Source of the DNA: Psammoneis japonica
Taxonomy: Eukaryota
Reading direction: 5' to 3'
DNA: 64,000 bases
NCBI GenBank assembly: GCA_008632985.1
Contig: QPGO01000269.1
Span: 1 to 64,000 of the forward strand
The notes beneath the pieces are model-generated. The model did not search any database and was not told the DNA's origin. It worked only from the letters and a program-made list of their open reading frames with translations. Positions 61,017 through 64,000 of this stretch are shown here, piece by piece. Position 1 is the first letter of the stretch. Each line of letters starts with the position of its first letter. A program made the position numbers and the translations under genes.

Positions 61017-62741
61017 CTAATCTTTGAGGAAATGCGCTGCGACTATTCGCCTCTGAATCTTTCCCGTGGCGGTCTTTGGTAACTTATTGTCAAAGAACAC
61101 CTTGGTTGGAATCTTGAAGGAAGAAATCTTGTCTACTAGAAACTCTTGTAAACCCTTTTCGGTTAGCTCGCCTCCCTCCTTTAGCACAATTGCCGCTGCA
61201 ACTACCTCGCCATACTTTTCGTGAGGCATGGAGAATGAGACAGCCTCGGCCACCGACGGATGCGCAAGCATGGCAGCATCCACCTCCAAGGGACTAATCT
61301 TTTCTCCTCCCCGATTTATCAGTTCCTTGATTCGACCCGTCAGTGTCAAGTATCCGTCCTTGTCGAGCTTACCTTGATCCCCAGTGTGGAACCACCCGCC
61401 GGCAAAGGCTTCCTTGTTGACTTCATCGCTGACTCCAATATAACCACTAGTCACGTTCTTTCCTCGAATACACACTTCACCCTCGGTATCAGGTGTAGCA
61501 ACAACATTGTTTTCCGGATCCAAAATGGCAACCGCCACGCCCGTGCCTTTCCCGACAGTACCAGGCTTGCGCTCTCCATCAATTGGGTTGGAACACATTT
61601 GGTGACTTGCTTCCGTCATGGCATATGCCTCAACACAGGGAGCATGGAATTTCTCTTCAATTTCCTTGAGAATCGACGGCGCCAAGGCAGAACTACAGCT
61701 TCGAACAAAACGAAAGTTTGGAGCTCCTTCCGACGGGTAATCTTGGCTGTACCTCAGCAGTAGCACCTGATAAATGGTGGGTACGCACGTGGTCCAAGTC
61801 GCCTTTCCCACGGACGCATTGTGCCAAAACTTTGTAGCGCTAAACTTGATTTGCGGCGGAAGAATGACCGTTCCGCCCGTGGCCAGTGTCGACAGCAAGG
61901 CCGACATGAGGCCATGAACGTGAAAGAGAGGCATGACCAACAACACTGCATCGGACGGGACCAAGCTATACGTCCGAGAAATATTGTTCATGCTGGCAAT
62001 CAAATTGGCGTGTGACAATGGAACTCCCTTTTGTTACACGTATGCACCATGGGATTGTTAGAAACGATGTTTGATTACGGGTCACATCTTGAAACATGAG
62101 ACAGGCCGATCACTCACTTTGGGTTTTGCAGTAGTGCCAGATGTATGCAGAAAAAGAGCAATATCTGAAGGCTCGGGATCGAAGGTAAGTTTTTGTTTCT
62201 TGTCCACCGTGGAACTTTCCTCAGCACCATCCACTCGGGTTCGCCCCGACTTGTGCTTCACCACAACACTAGGTTCAGGCTCAGACTGGCTCCAATCTAC
62301 AGAATAGACGGCAATTCCCAACGTGGCTGCCGCCGCCTCGGCAGCAGGAATACCCTCTGAAGGAACCAAGAGCAGCTTCGATTTGTTGTCCTCCATGTAA
62401 AACTTGTACTCGGACTCGGTGTAGTTTTGGTTGAGTGGGGCCGAAACGCATCGGGTCCATGGCACGGCAAGAAAGGCCAGAACAAATGGCACGCAGTTTG
62501 GCATGACAATGGAACAAATATCCCCTTTTTGTACGCCACATTTTTCAACTAGACTTGTTGCGGTAGACTCGATCAAATCGTGAAGCTGCTGATAGGAAAT
62601 CTCAATGGCGGATTTGTCGTTCTCGTGCGGAATGCAAATTGCTGCCGCCGACGTTGAATGAGAAATATTGGGGAGTTGTCGCAATGTATTCACGCCGGTG
62701 AGATATTGATAAGTAGGAACGTCAGGGCCAGCTTCCGCCAT
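61017..62741 (-). CDS. AAE3: Oxalate-CoA ligase-like acyl-activating enzyme (AAE3/PCS60 family; intron 62117-62028)
   Basis: LFLHTSGTTAKPKGVPLSH, MPLFHVHGL, RFVRSCSSAL, EAYAMTEASHQM, KELINRGGEKISP and PKTATGKIQRR motifs; no C-terminal PTS1. Confidence 0.88.
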
Positions 62742-63152
62742 GGTGTTGTTTCAAGTAATACTAAAATTGGCAAGCACAAACTTGATTGAAGCAGCAGAGT
62801 GTGAAATGGTTTCAAGTTTCAAGTGAAGTTATCGCGATACCGGTAGGGCTATGTCATGATTGCCGATGAATCATCACACATGCATCATCGCTGTCACCCA
62901 TCGCGCGATTGGGTTGAAGATTTCGGAAAAGATACCCAAGTTGAAGATTCTATTCGTACGTACGATCCTGAGCGAAAAAAGTGACAAAAAAGGAATGTCA
63001 ATTGCAGGTGGAATGAGAAAGTTAGTGGGACTTGCTTGTAACTCTAGAGTGAGAAAACGAAGGAAGCGGCTGCAAGCTGCAAGCGCTGCCTGCAAGAGAA
63101 AAGCACAGCACAGCATCACCTCCAAGAACTATAGAGCTGGAGAGACACTACC

Positions 63153-64000
63153 ATGGCGACCAACAGTGCCAGCGATGATGTCAAGTACAATGTGTTGATT
63201 CTCGGTGCTTCCTATGGATCCCTCTTGGCCACAAAGATTCTTCTTGCCGGTCACAACGTTACGTTGGTATGCCGAGAGGCCACAGCGGCGCTCTTCAACA
63301 CCGAAGGGTCGGTCGTACGCATTCCTACACGCTCGGGCGAGGTGATTGTACTACATTCAAACGACTTGACTGGAACACTGCAGGCCCAAGCTCCCGAAAA
63401 TGTGTCGGTGAAGGAGTTTGATTTGGTGGTACTGGCCATGCAAGAGCCTCAGTACAGCGCTCCGGGCGTTCGAGAGTTGGTACAAGCGATCGCCAAGAGC
63501 CGCAAACCAACCATGGCTGTCACCAACATGCCTCTTTTGCCGTATCTCAAGAGAATTCCCAACTTGGACGTGTCTGGCGAAGAACTCCGATCATGCTTTG
63601 CCGAAGCTGAATTGTGGGACGATTTTGATCCTTCCGTCCTGACGCAGTGCAGGTAAGATGTCTCGTGTCTGTGGAGAGTTGCCTTGTTTTATAACAGAGA
63701 CAAAGCTTACATGCATGATACTACTCGCTAATTTTTTTAACAGTCCTGATCCACAAGCATTTCGGCCTCCAGATGAAAAGAACAATGTGTTGCAAGTTCG
63801 ACTTGCCACCAATTTCAAGGCATCAGGTTTTGCTTTGCCACAACACACGCAAATCTTGAAGGATCTGGAACGTGGCATTGAATCTGCTCGATTCGGACAG
63901 CAGCAACAACAAGTACCTGTGAAACTACGTGTTTACGACTCTGTCTTTGTACCTCTCGCCAAGTGGTCCATGCTCATGACGGGAAATTATAGATGTATCC
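63153..64000 (+). CDS. Ketopantoate-reductase-like NAD(P)-binding Rossmann protein (intron 63653-63743; runs off window)
   Basis: VLILGASYGSLLA..GHNVTLVC dinucleotide-binding start; DLVVLAMQEPQY; spliced CSPDPQAFRPP...FVPLAKWSMLMTGNYRC. Confidence 0.8.

Overview
Eukaryotic nuclear DNA, most consistent with a pennate diatom (GT-AG introns mostly ~85-130 bp, bipartite plastid-targeting presequences, CoDi-like copia relic); the organism is inferred, not proven. The window alternates between two sharply delimited sequence types. (1) Ordinary gene islands with about 14 intact genes: secreted Cys-rich proteins, GST, bestrophin, nucleotide-sugar transporter, STT3 with an ankyrin-like tail, inositol 5-phosphatase, SRPBCC protein, and an oxalate-CoA ligase head-to-head with a bacterial-type Rossmann reductase. 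(2) About 34 kb of nested, decayed transposons: Ty1/copia, Ty3/gypsy, an Ngaro-type tyrosine-recombinase retroelement, MITEs and unclassified pieces. The strongest signal is that the repeat domains have lost not only CpG (expected from 5mC deamination) but almost all TpA, both converted to TpG/CpA. Conserved Tyr codons became Cys/His, surviving TpAs sit mostly in TAA/TTA or TAGA/TCTA contexts, and TpA loss extends further than CpG loss and into neighbouring host-type genes. This looks like repeat-targeted A:T->G:C hypermutation, opposite in direction to fungal RIP. All counts and alignments were done by eye; boundaries of decayed elements are approximate.
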